Assembly (NCBI GenBank): GCA_048884965.1
Contig: JBHLQH010000026.1
Location: 1-47,045 of the forward strand
From: Candidatus Thorarchaeota archaeon
GTDB lineage: Archaea > Asgardarchaeota > Thorarchaeia > Thorarchaeales > Thorarchaeaceae
Length of the DNA: 47,045 bases
Direction: 5' to 3'
Shown here: positions 29,084 to 38,058 of the stretch, in pieces
How positions within the stretch are numbered: position 1 is the first letter of the stretch
Layout: each line of letters starts with the position of its first letter
Translations under genes and position numbers: made by a program
The notes under the pieces: generated by a model
Databases searched by the model: none
Seen by the model: the letters and a program-made list of their open reading frames with translations, nothing else
What the model was told of the DNA's origin: nothing

Positions 29084-30730
29084 GTGAATCCAAACAAGAT
29101 GTTGAAGTATGCAGTCCTTTCTCTACCATTCATCATACTGATAATATTCCTTGTCTATCCTGTTGCGGCAGTTATCATTCAAGGGCTTCTCTTTGGACCA
29201 GGCTCAAGTTTCATTGAAGTTGTAAGCTCACAAGTAAGCTATAGGGTGTTCATGTTCACATTTTCTCAAGCTATATTGAGTACGGCTCTTGCCCTAGTTC
29301 TAGGAATCCCTGGGGCTTTGATTATCTCCAAGCTGCGATTTCGTGGAAAGAGCACTATCCGTGCATTGCTTACAATTCCTTTTGTACTGCCGCCAATCGT
29401 TGTCGTTGTAGGGTTTCTACAGGTCTTTGGAACCAGAGGAATTCTCGATTCGCTGCTCATGATGCTTACCAATTCATCTGAATCTCTTCTCAACCTCGCG
29501 ACGGGGTATCTAGGAATCATATTGGCACATGCATTCTATAATATACCACTATTCCTTCTGATGGTTTCAGCTTCACTGGAAAGACTGGACCCGCAGCTAG
29601 AAGAGGCTGCTGAGATACTCGGAGCATCACCTATATACAAATTCAGAAAGGTTACATTTCCTCATATTCGGTCTTCAATTGCAGCTGCTTCGGTCCTTAC
29701 ATTTCTATTCTGCTTCATGTCATTTCCAATAGTCTTGGCTCTGGGGGAAGGAAATTTCATAACTCTTGAAGTTCAGATTTGGAATGCTTTCAGATTCTTT
29801 GACTATGGAGAGGCAGCATCGTTGGCATTGGTCCAGCTTCTCATCACGGTATGTTTGGCGTATCTCTACTTCAAATCAGGTGATAGCGATCAGAATACAG
29901 CTGGACAAACAGCCTACATCAAGACAGTTTCATTTTCAGATCTCTCGAAAAAGTATAGAGCTCTTATCTTGGTTTACGCGATTCTGATTGTCATGCTTGT
30001 TATCGGACCAATGGTATCTATCATACGATCTGCGATTTATGATCCGAATACAAATAGCTATACCATGAGAGGATTCGAGAACCTACTGAATCCAGGAATT
30101 GATGGTGCCTTCATTCCTATGGTCAATTCAGTCTTCTACGCAGGATTGGCAACATTATTCTCCGTAATCTTGGGACTGCTGATTGCTTATGCTAGAAAAT
30201 CAGATACAAGGATGCTACCAGAACTCTCGTCTATGATAACGCTTCTTCCTCTCGGGGTCTCGGCCATCACGATTGCCTATGGACTAATGATTGCTATCGC
30301 TGTACCACTGGGCATTTCTTCCAATCCTTGGCCCCTTATAGTAGTCGCCCAAACAATGATCGGAATCCCCTTTAGTGCACGGGCAATTGAGATTGCAAAA
30401 TCAAAAATTGGACCATATATTCTGGAACAAGCAGAGTCCTTAGGAGCGAATTCTCTTCATAAGATGTTCTATGTCGAACTGCCTCTATTGGCACCAGGCA
30501 TTTTAGTCGCGGCAGTCTTTTCATTCGCAATGGCCATTGGAGAGATGTCAGCTACAATATTTCTAGCAAGTACACAAAATATCACTCTGGCAATCTCAAT
30601 CTATAGAGACCTAGCAATAAAGAAGTTTGCTGAAGCTGGCGCTGCATCTCTGCTACTTGTAGCGGTCTGCATCATTGCATTCTTACTAATAGAAAGGCTT
30701 TCTGAAAATGGTTATAGAGGTGCTCTATAA
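29084..30730 (+). CDS. thiP: Thiamine ABC transporter permease
   Basis: Duplicated permease with PFVLP, AHAFYN.P, EEAA..LGA, F.FCF.SF, GE..AT. Confidence 0.9.
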   Translation: MNPNKMLKYAVLSLPFIILIIFLVYPVAAVIIQGLLFGPGSSFIEVVSSQVSYRVFMFTFSQAILSTALALVLGIPGALIISKLRFRGKSTIRALLTIPFVLPPIVVVVGFLQVFGTRGILDSLLMMLTNSSESLLNLATGYLGIILAHAFYNIPLFLLMVSASLERLDPQLEEAAEILGASPIYKFRKVTFPHIRSSIAAASVLTFLFCFMSFPIVLALGEGNFITLEVQIWNAFRFFDYGEAASLALVQLLITVCLAYLYFKSGDSDQNTAGQTAYIKTVSFSDLSKKYRALILVYAILIVMLVIGPMVSIIRSAIYDPNTNSYTMRGFENLLNPGIDGAFIPMVNSVFYAGLATLFSVILGLLIAYARKSDTRMLPELSSMITLLPLGVSAITIAYGLMIAIAVPLGISSNPWPLIVVAQTMIGIPFSARAIEIAKSKIGPYILEQAESLGANSLHKMFYVELPLLAPGILVAAVFSFAMAIGEMSATIFLASTQNITLAISIYRDLAIKKFAEAGAASLLLVAVCIIAFLLIERLSENGYRGAL

Positions 30731-31785
30731 TGGTCGAGATTCAAATCAATAATCTTTGGAAGCGATTCCCAGATGGCACTTGCATTGGTCCCATCGAGTT
30801 CCAAGTAGAGGATGGAGAAATGATTGCTCTTCTTGGACCAAGTGGATCCGGAAAGACAACAACGCTCAGGATGGTTGCAGGATTCATTAAACCTGACAAA
30901 GGCAGGATCTTGTTCAATAAGGAAGATGTTACCTATTTACCTCCGAATGAAAGACGAATCGGGATGGTCGTACAATCTGTGGCACTTTTTCCAAATATGA
31001 ATGTCTTTCAGAACATTGCATTTGGATTAGATGTTAGGAACTGGATTCAAGAAGAGGTCATTCATCGTGTAGAAGAGCTGGCAGACATGCTTGGAATAAG
31101 GAATCTTCTACATAGGAGAATCAATGCCATCAGCGGAGGAGAAGGGCAAAGGGTTGCTTTGGCAAGAGCATTAGCACCTAATCCCGAACTATTGCTCTTA
31201 GATGAGCCTCTCTCAGCTCTAGATCCCAATCTGAGGGAGAATCTTCAGAACGAGATTAGAAAGATCCAGCAGGAACTTGAGATTTCCACTATCTATGTTA
31301 CACACAATCAAGAAGAAGCCTTTGCTATCGCAGATAGAATAGCAATCCTTGAAAATGGGATTGTTAGCCAGATTGGTTCACCTTCCGACCTATACGATAG
31401 GCCTAGAAACAAGTTTGTGGCATCATTCATTGGTAGAGGGAGTACAGTAGAAGCAGTCGTTACACAACGAGATGGTAATAGGATTGAGGTAGAAATCGGG
31501 GACCAGAGAATCTGGATTAGTGGAAATGAGGTAGTACACAAGCACCTTTCCATTTCAATCAAGCCTGAAGATATCTCGATTTCAAAAAGCAAATCAGGCG
31601 CAATCACAGGGGAGGTGCAATCAGTCACCCCTCAACCTGGAAGGTACAGAGTACAACTTGAAGTTGGGCGACAAACTCTCTACACCTATGTCTCAAGCAA
31701 TACATTGCCTGATTCGATCAAACCCGGAAACACTATCTACATATTAATAGACCCTGATGAGGTCACGATTCTTTCAGAATCCTAA
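30730..31785 (+). CDS. thiQ: Thiamine ABC transporter ATPase (with TOBE domain)
   Basis: GPSGSGKT, ISGGEGQR, LLLDEP, VTH; TAATG coupling to thiP. Confidence 0.9.
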   Translation: MVEIQINNLWKRFPDGTCIGPIEFQVEDGEMIALLGPSGSGKTTTLRMVAGFIKPDKGRILFNKEDVTYLPPNERRIGMVVQSVALFPNMNVFQNIAFGLDVRNWIQEEVIHRVEELADMLGIRNLLHRRINAISGGEGQRVALARALAPNPELLLLDEPLSALDPNLRENLQNEIRKIQQELEISTIYVTHNQEEAFAIADRIAILENGIVSQIGSPSDLYDRPRNKFVASFIGRGSTVEAVVTQRDGNRIEVEIGDQRIWISGNEVVHKHLSISIKPEDISISKSKSGAITGEVQSVTPQPGRYRVQLEVGRQTLYTYVSSNTLPDSIKPGNTIYILIDPDEVTILSES

Positions 31786-31788
31786 GGG

Positions 31789-33525
31789 TTATGGAAGATA
31801 GTCCTCCAGTTCCCTTAAGATCCGCTCCTTGGTCCTGACAACATTGGCACCTTTGCTCTCCACGATAAGATCCTCAATCACTCCATTCTTTCGATCATAG
31901 CTGAGTGTGACAGTGGCCTCTTGATCCATGTCCTGATCAGAAAACAGATAGTGAGTTCTAACCATCTCACTACCCTCTTGTACTTCTTCATCTACGGAGA
32001 TGACTGTTTTTGAATTCAAGTAGGCTTCTACATTAGCGGGATTGCACCTAATGTTGAGCGTATGTCGAATCATGTGTTCCTTCTCAATACGACCACCGAG
32101 ATAGTCCATTGATTTCTTTAAACCAACGACAATCACGAGCCAGAGCAATATTGCACTAATGAAGAAAACGAGAGGATACTCCATTGAGAGTGAAGCTAGT
32201 GGAGTAGTATACTCTCCTGTGAATGCAATGACAATATCAAACGCTATTGTACCCGACAACACCAGTTGGATGACATCCAGAACATCTCCGGTCCTCTCAC
32301 TTGCCTTAATCACCTCACTTGTGTTCCGAGTATTATCGCGCAGAGCGCTGTATACACGGCGCATCTGCTGTTCAATCTGAGTAGATAGCAATGTTTGGAG
32401 ACCCTCTACTTCACTCTTTATGCTGTTCAGTACCAGCTCGATATCCCTTATCCGATCGATTAATGACTCCAACCCTCTATCAATTCCAATCAGATTTCTA
32501 AGGCTTGAATCGACTTGGTCCTTAACAAGATTCCACCTATCAGAAATCAATCGGAACCCACGTTCTAAATAACCCCCAGTTGAGCCCAGGATGGTATAAT
32601 TAGCAGTTGCCTCAGTTAGAATATTCTGTGCTTTGGTAATTACTGTATAATCACCCTCAGAAGTCTTCTCGATGTAGGTTCGTGCTTGATTTAGCTCATC
32701 ACTCAGAAGCGACATCCTGTTGAACAAACCATCAACGAAAATCTCGGAACTTCGAAGAAGAGAATAGAATGTGATTAGCGTTTCATACCGCATCCATTCT
32801 GGGGAAACGATAAGAATACCACCAGCTCCTAAGAATAGGAAGCTATCCTTCTCAGAAAGAGGTTCAGCAAGCTGGATATTGTCGATGATCTGTTCAAGCT
32901 CATTTTGATATTCCTCGCCATCAATATAGCTAGCGACATCGCTAAAGACCGGAGCCATTGAAGATGCCATCAGTCCAATGAACTTGTATCTGCTGTTAGG
33001 AGTTCCTTTGAAAATGCAATCAAGGATGCGGCGTTGGTGATGGGTCAACAAGGTGTCCATGAGTAGAGAAGAATCATTCATCATATCAGCGATTATTCGT
33101 GCAAGATGATCAAGTGACGCACTTGGATTTTCCGTGATTGGTTTATCATAGATGGCTGTGATCTCACAACCGTATACCATGTGCCCTTCGTGCGTGATAT
33201 GCATTCCAATTACTTCTTTCTGCTCTACTTCGTCGCTCGGGTCTTGCATTGAGGCTTCGCAGGAAATTGATTCAGATGCGTTCGACTCAATGATACGAAC
33301 TGAGTTACATCTTCTCTCTGATGTGAAAGTTGTGCTCTCTGGCCATGCATCCATTAGCATCGTAACAAACTCACCATGCATGGTACGCTTTGACATCAGC
33401 TTTTGATTGATTGCCTCAAGGGTGTTTCGATCACATGGCAGGTATTCACTAAGAATGAGCCGAACTCCTCCTAGCAGGATAGACTCTTGCAGCTGATCTT
33501 TGATATGAGGATCATCAGTCACCAA
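31789..33525 (-). CDS. Hypothetical protein: large soluble domain, long helices, two TMs, C-terminal domain (CorA-like topology)
   Basis: 578-aa ORF; coiled-coil LIDRIRDIELVLNSIKSEVEGLQTLL...; two hydrophobic helices near the C-terminus; GGAGG RBS. Confidence 0.75.
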   Translation of the reverse strand: MVTDDPHIKDQLQESILLGGVRLILSEYLPCDRNTLEAINQKLMSKRTMHGEFVTMLMDAWPESTTFTSERRCNSVRIIESNASESISCEASMQDPSDEVEQKEVIGMHITHEGHMVYGCEITAIYDKPITENPSASLDHLARIIADMMNDSSLLMDTLLTHHQRRILDCIFKGTPNSRYKFIGLMASSMAPVFSDVASYIDGEEYQNELEQIIDNIQLAEPLSEKDSFLFLGAGGILIVSPEWMRYETLITFYSLLRSSEIFVDGLFNRMSLLSDELNQARTYIEKTSEGDYTVITKAQNILTEATANYTILGSTGGYLERGFRLISDRWNLVKDQVDSSLRNLIGIDRGLESLIDRIRDIELVLNSIKSEVEGLQTLLSTQIEQQMRRVYSALRDNTRNTSEVIKASERTGDVLDVIQLVLSGTIAFDIVIAFTGEYTTPLASLSMEYPLVFFISAILLWLVIVVGLKKSMDYLGGRIEKEHMIRHTLNIRCNPANVEAYLNSKTVISVDEEVQEGSEMVRTHYLFSDQDMDQEATVTLSYDRKNGVIEDLIVESKGANVVRTKERILRELEDYLP

Positions 33526-33536
33526 TTCTCAACCTC

Positions 33537-34082
33537 CTAATCGAATTCAACAGAAGGAAGGTAAGCCTTCGTAGCGTAAGGTATGTCCTCTATATTCCCA
33601 ATTTGGATTTCCTTTTCATCACCACATTCCTTGCAGAGGAATGTAATCCTGCTGCCATTCACAATTACTTCATGCAATGAGCCGCACCTGTGCCGGATGA
33701 GTGATGCCACTTGCTCCTTGAGGTTCAGATCTACGGTATCAGCCAATACTTGCCCGGTTTCAGTCAATTTGTAGGCGGTGACAAAACCATAGTGGGATGT
33801 ACTAAGCCGAAGAATCGCCAAATATCTCAGATTCAACAGGTCCTCCAAATCGTCCTTTCCCTCCCTGCTAATATTCAACCATTGCCGAGTTCCATCGAGC
33901 ATTGGAACACTCCATGGCGCGTAATCATAGTCCTTGAATACACCATCAATGATACCTTGGTAGATAATAGCCATTAGAGGTAGCTCTTTGATCCAGGTGG
34001 GGTTCTCATCATCAGTGGATTGTGTGTAGCACTGAATGATGTGAAGGAGCTTCATCATATCATCTGTAATCCCAGTTCCCAT
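33537..34082 (-). CDS. Hypothetical protein, possible winged-helix core with C-terminal zinc ribbon
   Basis: YKLTETG wing-like motif; HRCG...CKECG metal-binding pattern; 11 bp from the downstream gene. Confidence 0.75.
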   Translation of the reverse strand: MGTGITDDMMKLLHIIQCYTQSTDDENPTWIKELPLMAIIYQGIIDGVFKDYDYAPWSVPMLDGTRQWLNISREGKDDLEDLLNLRYLAILRLSTSHYGFVTAYKLTETGQVLADTVDLNLKEQVASLIRHRCGSLHEVIVNGSRITFLCKECGDEKEIQIGNIEDIPYATKAYLPSVEFD

Positions 34083-34300
34083 GTCATCGACCCTCTCTAT
34101 GTCTGATATGTTTACAGGCTTTGAAACATCTTAACCTAAGAGTGTTTTGTGGATTCATATTGTTCAGCATTTGACAGACAGAGTAAGAATTATCATACGG
34201 ATACAACACAGCAACAGTATTATACCCATAATTGAGATATCGAACATCACACAGCTAGCGGCCTAATGTTAGCTATTAATCTAGGGCGTAGTGATTAGTA

Positions 34301-35257
34301 ATGGTTATCGGCTACGAGGTTTCTGAAGACGGAACACTGCAAGAGGTAGAGTTGACAAAGGACGGACTAGACTCAACCAAGGTCGTCTGTGTTGTCGACG
34401 ATGAAACAAAGAGTATCTACCTGTGGAAAGGAGTCCAAGCAGGCGTTCGCAAGAAGTTTATTGGAGCACGAGTTGCGACCAATCTTAGAACTGAATACGG
34501 ATTTCACTTTAAAGTGAGGCCGCTTGATGAAGGTGAAGAACCTCCAACCTTCTTCACTGCGTTGGATGGGAGCACTGCCGCGACTCGAGTAATGAAGCCA
34601 GGCGATAAGGCACCACCTCCAACACCGCCAAGTGCGGCTGCATCAGACACTGCAGCAGAACCTGAAGTTGAACATGTCAAGACCGAAGTAGTCCGTAAGG
34701 AACCAGAGGTCAAGACCACAACTCCACCCACCACGCCGAAGGTTTCTACCAAACCTCCAACTCCACCCGTTACAACAACCTCAACTACTCCTACCTCAAC
34801 AAGGCCAGTCACCTCGAGACCCGCAGCTACAACCTCTGCTCCTATATCGCAGGACATACTGAGTGATATGCTGAAGGAACTTGAGCAAGAAGAGCCACCT
34901 GAGGGATACCAGAGAGAATTACTAATCGTATACAATGAGATATACACAGTCGCGGAACATAAGATATCGGTCTTCGGTCAAGAAAAGGTCGAACGCAAGT
35001 TCGAGAAAGTCAAGGATCCACCTGAAGGAACGTTTATGGCTGAAGGATTCATACCGCGAGTTATTGTTAAAGATGGAAGGGTCTTGGGCATTGAACTACT
35101 CAAAGGTACGCCAGATGCTATTCTAAGCCCAATCAAAGCAGAGATGAAAGAGAGATTGGGAGACCTCATCAGCTTCTTTAGATCTGAAGTCGAGGAAGAT
35201 GAAATAAAAGAAGGAAAGAAGAAACAAGATGCAAAGAGAAAACTTGTCGCTAAATAG
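34301..35257 (+). CDS. Asgard gelsolin-domain protein (1DGelX-like: gelsolin domain, Pro/Thr linker, domain X)
   Basis: LDSTKVVCVVD...IYLWKG..AGVRKKFIGARVA...DEGEEPPTFF is a gelsolin repeat; followed by a low-complexity linker and a PEGYQRE-containing C-domain. Confidence 0.85.
   Translation: MVIGYEVSEDGTLQEVELTKDGLDSTKVVCVVDDETKSIYLWKGVQAGVRKKFIGARVATNLRTEYGFHFKVRPLDEGEEPPTFFTALDGSTAATRVMKPGDKAPPPTPPSAAASDTAAEPEVEHVKTEVVRKEPEVKTTTPPTTPKVSTKPPTPPVTTTSTTPTSTRPVTSRPAATTSAPISQDILSDMLKELEQEEPPEGYQRELLIVYNEIYTVAEHKISVFGQEKVERKFEKVKDPPEGTFMAEGFIPRVIVKDGRVLGIELLKGTPDAILSPIKAEMKERLGDLISFFRSEVEEDEIKEGKKKQDAKRKLVAK
34595..34849 (+). repeat. Pro/Thr-rich low-complexity linker in the gelsolin protein
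   Basis: APPPTPP...TTTPPTTPKVSTKPPTPPVTTTSTTPTSTRP. Confidence 0.8.
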
Positions 35258-35269
35258 GAGGAACCACCT

Positions 35270-35656
35270 TTGTCCACAATAGATCCACAGAAAGAGAAAG
35301 AGCTAGTAGAGCTCCTAATGGGATTGACGAATTATGCCGACCTTGATGCCATTGCTGTCGTAAGCAAGCAAGGAGTGAAGCTTGCGTACTTTGCCACAGA
35401 GGAATCGGATGCAGATCCTGATCTAATGGCTGCTGTCAGTGCAGCGCTACTCGTTCAAGGAGAGATGGCAGCAGATAAACTCTATCTCAGTGAACTCTAC
35501 GAGGTTATTGTAAGAGGCAAAGAGGGATTCGTTGTACTCTCGCATGCAGGAGATTTTCTGATCATGGGCTCTGCGAAGGACCTTACATCAATGGGACTGG
35601 CAGTTACTCAGATGCGCAAGTACGCCATTGAGATTGGAAAGCTGTTAAGTAAATAG
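35270..35656 (+). CDS. Roadblock/LC7 (MglB-like) domain protein
   Basis: AIAVVSKQG..LA, DLMAAVSAAL, VIVRGKEGFVVL, MGLA...MRK.A..I..LL; GGAGG RBS directly after the gelsolin stop. Confidence 0.9.
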   Translation: MSTIDPQKEKELVELLMGLTNYADLDAIAVVSKQGVKLAYFATEESDADPDLMAAVSAALLVQGEMAADKLYLSELYEVIVRGKEGFVVLSHAGDFLIMGSAKDLTSMGLAVTQMRKYAIEIGKLLSK

Positions 35657-35753
35657 ACCTGCATTTTTCCATGAATGGTTATTTCTTCCATTCTAGAGAG
35701 TAGAAGGATTCTGTAGTTCCAATAGAGATAAAAAATAATTATCTAAACGGTTC

Positions 35754-35945
35754 TTGGTGATTGAGCTGCGGAGAGGAAGAGGAAGACCAATGATGCGTCC
35801 GGGTCCAGTGCGGCGACCTATGATTCGAGGAAGAGGATATCGTAGACGACCTTGCTGCTGTGGCAGCTGCTGTGCCTGTGTCATCTGTTTTGTGTTACTG
35901 ATCATTATCTTTGGTATCGGCATTCTAGCTTGGCTCCTACCTTAG
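35754..35945 (+). CDS. Small Arg/Pro-rich, Cys-rich, C-terminally anchored membrane peptide
   Basis: RRGRGRPMMRPGPVRRP...RRRPCCCGSCCACVICFVLLIIIFGIGILAWLLP; fills the intergenic gap; start codon uncertain. Confidence 0.65.
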   Translation: MVIELRRGRGRPMMRPGPVRRPMIRGRGYRRRPCCCGSCCACVICFVLLIIIFGIGILAWLLP

Positions 35946-35976
35946 ATATTCAAGGGGAATGGAAACGAGAGGTCAA

Positions 35977-36480
35977 TCAACCTCGATGTAACTCCTTCCA
36001 ACAATTGTGCCACCAGTCTTGGAATGCATTAGTGGAAGAGATCTCGATTCCCGATTCTATGGAAATCTCTCTAGGCAAGTCATTCTTGATTTCCTTTATC
36101 TCAATCTCAACAATGGCATATCGTGGGTCGAAATCCCATGGATCCTTGACGACTCTGGCAATGCCTTTGATACTAATCGCTAGAGATGGTGAGCAAGCAA
36201 CGAAGATCATGATCCGAGGCTCTCTCCTTATGTTCGTGAGAGAATCATGGTGTCTATTCACAACAGCCCTCAGAAGAACTGGGGTTATTGCATGCAGACT
36301 ACCAAATGGAGCCGTACGGGGACTTCCATCTTCGTCCACTGTAGCTATCACTGAACTTGGATTCATTTTCCCTCCTATCTTCTGAAGCAATTGGAACATT
36401 TCAGGTGAGAGTTCATTCTTCAACCTCCAACTACTTTCTCCATCCCTACTAGCCATATGATTCACAACCCCAGATAGCAC
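35977..36480 (-). CDS. Pyridoxamine-5'-phosphate-oxidase-like flavin-binding protein
   Basis: VIATVDEDGSPRTAP, SLTNIRREPRI, ISIKG.ARVV. Confidence 0.85.
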   Translation of the reverse strand: MLSGVVNHMASRDGESSWRLKNELSPEMFQLLQKIGGKMNPSSVIATVDEDGSPRTAPFGSLHAITPVLLRAVVNRHHDSLTNIRREPRIMIFVACSPSLAISIKGIARVVKDPWDFDPRYAIVEIEIKEIKNDLPREISIESGIEISSTNAFQDWWHNCWKELHRG

Positions 36481-36563
36481 TATGACTAGGGAATTTCCCT
36501 CTTATCTGCATTTGTAAAAAATATGGAGAAGCGGCTTCATACAGCTGAAACCGCATTATGCTT

Positions 36564-36950
36564 TTAGATAGATGCTCCACAGGACTCACAATATCTAGCA
36601 CCAGAAACTGAAACAGGAGTCCCACAATGTGGACAGTATCTACTGCTTGAGGGCTGCATCCCACCTGAACCATGAGTCATCACCGAACCCTCTGTTGATG
36701 ATGTTTGAGTGGGGTAGTATGTGGGGTACGTGGGGTATGCGGCTGATGATACCGATGCCTTCTTCTTTGAAGAACTTGCGAGTAGAATTATGCCAACAAC
36801 GAGCATGCCTGTCATGACGAGAGCTGCGTTATCTGTTTGCATCGCTGGCTCGTCGCTACCAAAGATTAGAGCAAATATCGGAATTACTATTAGAAACAAT
36901 CCCATGCACCGATTGCCATTCGATTGTTGTGACATAGGCTTCACTTTCAT
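36564..36950 (-). CDS. Two-TM membrane protein with C-terminal double zinc ribbon
   Basis: Two hydrophobic helices, Pro/Tyr/Ser linker, YCPHCG...YCESCG. Confidence 0.8.
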   Translation of the reverse strand: MKVKPMSQQSNGNRCMGLFLIVIPIFALIFGSDEPAMQTDNAALVMTGMLVVGIILLASSSKKKASVSSAAYPTYPTYYPTQTSSTEGSVMTHGSGGMQPSSSRYCPHCGTPVSVSGARYCESCGASI

Positions 36951-37152
36951 TATTGAGTTTCATTCATCTTGTCTTTTTTCAAGTCCCGAATGGATTTGAC
37001 AAAAAAAAGGCTGATGAATGCCTGTTATAGTGCGAAAATATTCCTCCTATAAGCAAATCTTTCTGACCAAAAATCCCTTCATCTTTTCAGCTCGAAAAAT
37101 ATGAGAAAAGCAGTGATAACTCAGTTTTCACCACTCACACAGGGTAGTTTCA

Positions 37153-37980
37153 ATGGTTAACTCTGATGATATTTCGATACATCGAGCAGGAACAGAGGAG
37201 GCATCAGTCCTAACACAAACATGTAGACGAGCCTTTGATTCTGACTCAGAATTCGGAGCGCCAGGTCCAGGAGGACCTCCAGGTTATGATTCAGTAGAAT
37301 GGAACTTGAGTAGGATAAGGAACAATCATCTGCAGTACTACAAGATTAACTGCCAAGAAGATATTATTGGTGGATTCATTGCAGGAGATAGAGGTCCAGG
37401 ATATCAAGTATGTGAACGAATTTGGATTGATCCGGAACACATGCGAAAAGGTATCGGAGAAAGAACCTTTGAATTGATTTGGAATGAGTATCCATCGGCA
37501 GATGTATGGGTGCTAGGAACACCGGAATGGAATACTCGTACGAATCCATTCTATCAGAAGGTTGGATTCTCCCAAATAGGCATAACGAGGGATTATCCTA
37601 CGTGGAATGGGATCTACTACCAGAAAAGAATCGTTAAGGAATATCCGAGGGCAATGTCGAAAATCGTTGACCTGCAAGATAGGCAGAACAGAGTGATTGT
37701 CGATGGATATGTTGAACAGATATCAAATGAGCGAATAGTAGCATCAAGGAAAACTAATGAGGAATTGCGAGTAGCTGATGCAATCCTATCTGATGATACT
37801 GAATCTATTAAGCTAGTTCTTTGGAACGATCAGATTAGACAAGTGAAATCCGGTACAAGTATCAGAATCGAAGAGGGATATGTTAAGGAGTACAGAGGAG
37901 ATCTGCAATTGAGTTTATCTCAGTGGGGCATTGTGATAACATTGCTAAATAAGGTGGATTCAACGAATCCGATGGAATAG
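37153..37980 (+). CDS. GNAT acetyltransferase fused to an SSB/RPA-type OB-fold domain
   Basis: GNAT: GPPGYDS, IWIDPEHMRKGIG, N.FYQKVGF. OB fold from M at 37654: KIVDL...V.VDG.V...VADAILSDDTESIKLVLWNDQ...IEEGYVKEYRGDLQL. Confidence 0.85.
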   Translation: MVNSDDISIHRAGTEEASVLTQTCRRAFDSDSEFGAPGPGGPPGYDSVEWNLSRIRNNHLQYYKINCQEDIIGGFIAGDRGPGYQVCERIWIDPEHMRKGIGERTFELIWNEYPSADVWVLGTPEWNTRTNPFYQKVGFSQIGITRDYPTWNGIYYQKRIVKEYPRAMSKIVDLQDRQNRVIVDGYVEQISNERIVASRKTNEELRVADAILSDDTESIKLVLWNDQIRQVKSGTSIRIEEGYVKEYRGDLQLSLSQWGIVITLLNKVDSTNPME

Positions 37981-38058
37981 TAGGAGGTCAATAGTTTTTT
38001 TCTCATTTGGATATTGTCATAATTCTAATATAGAGGCGAAACTACTAGTAGTTCAAGT

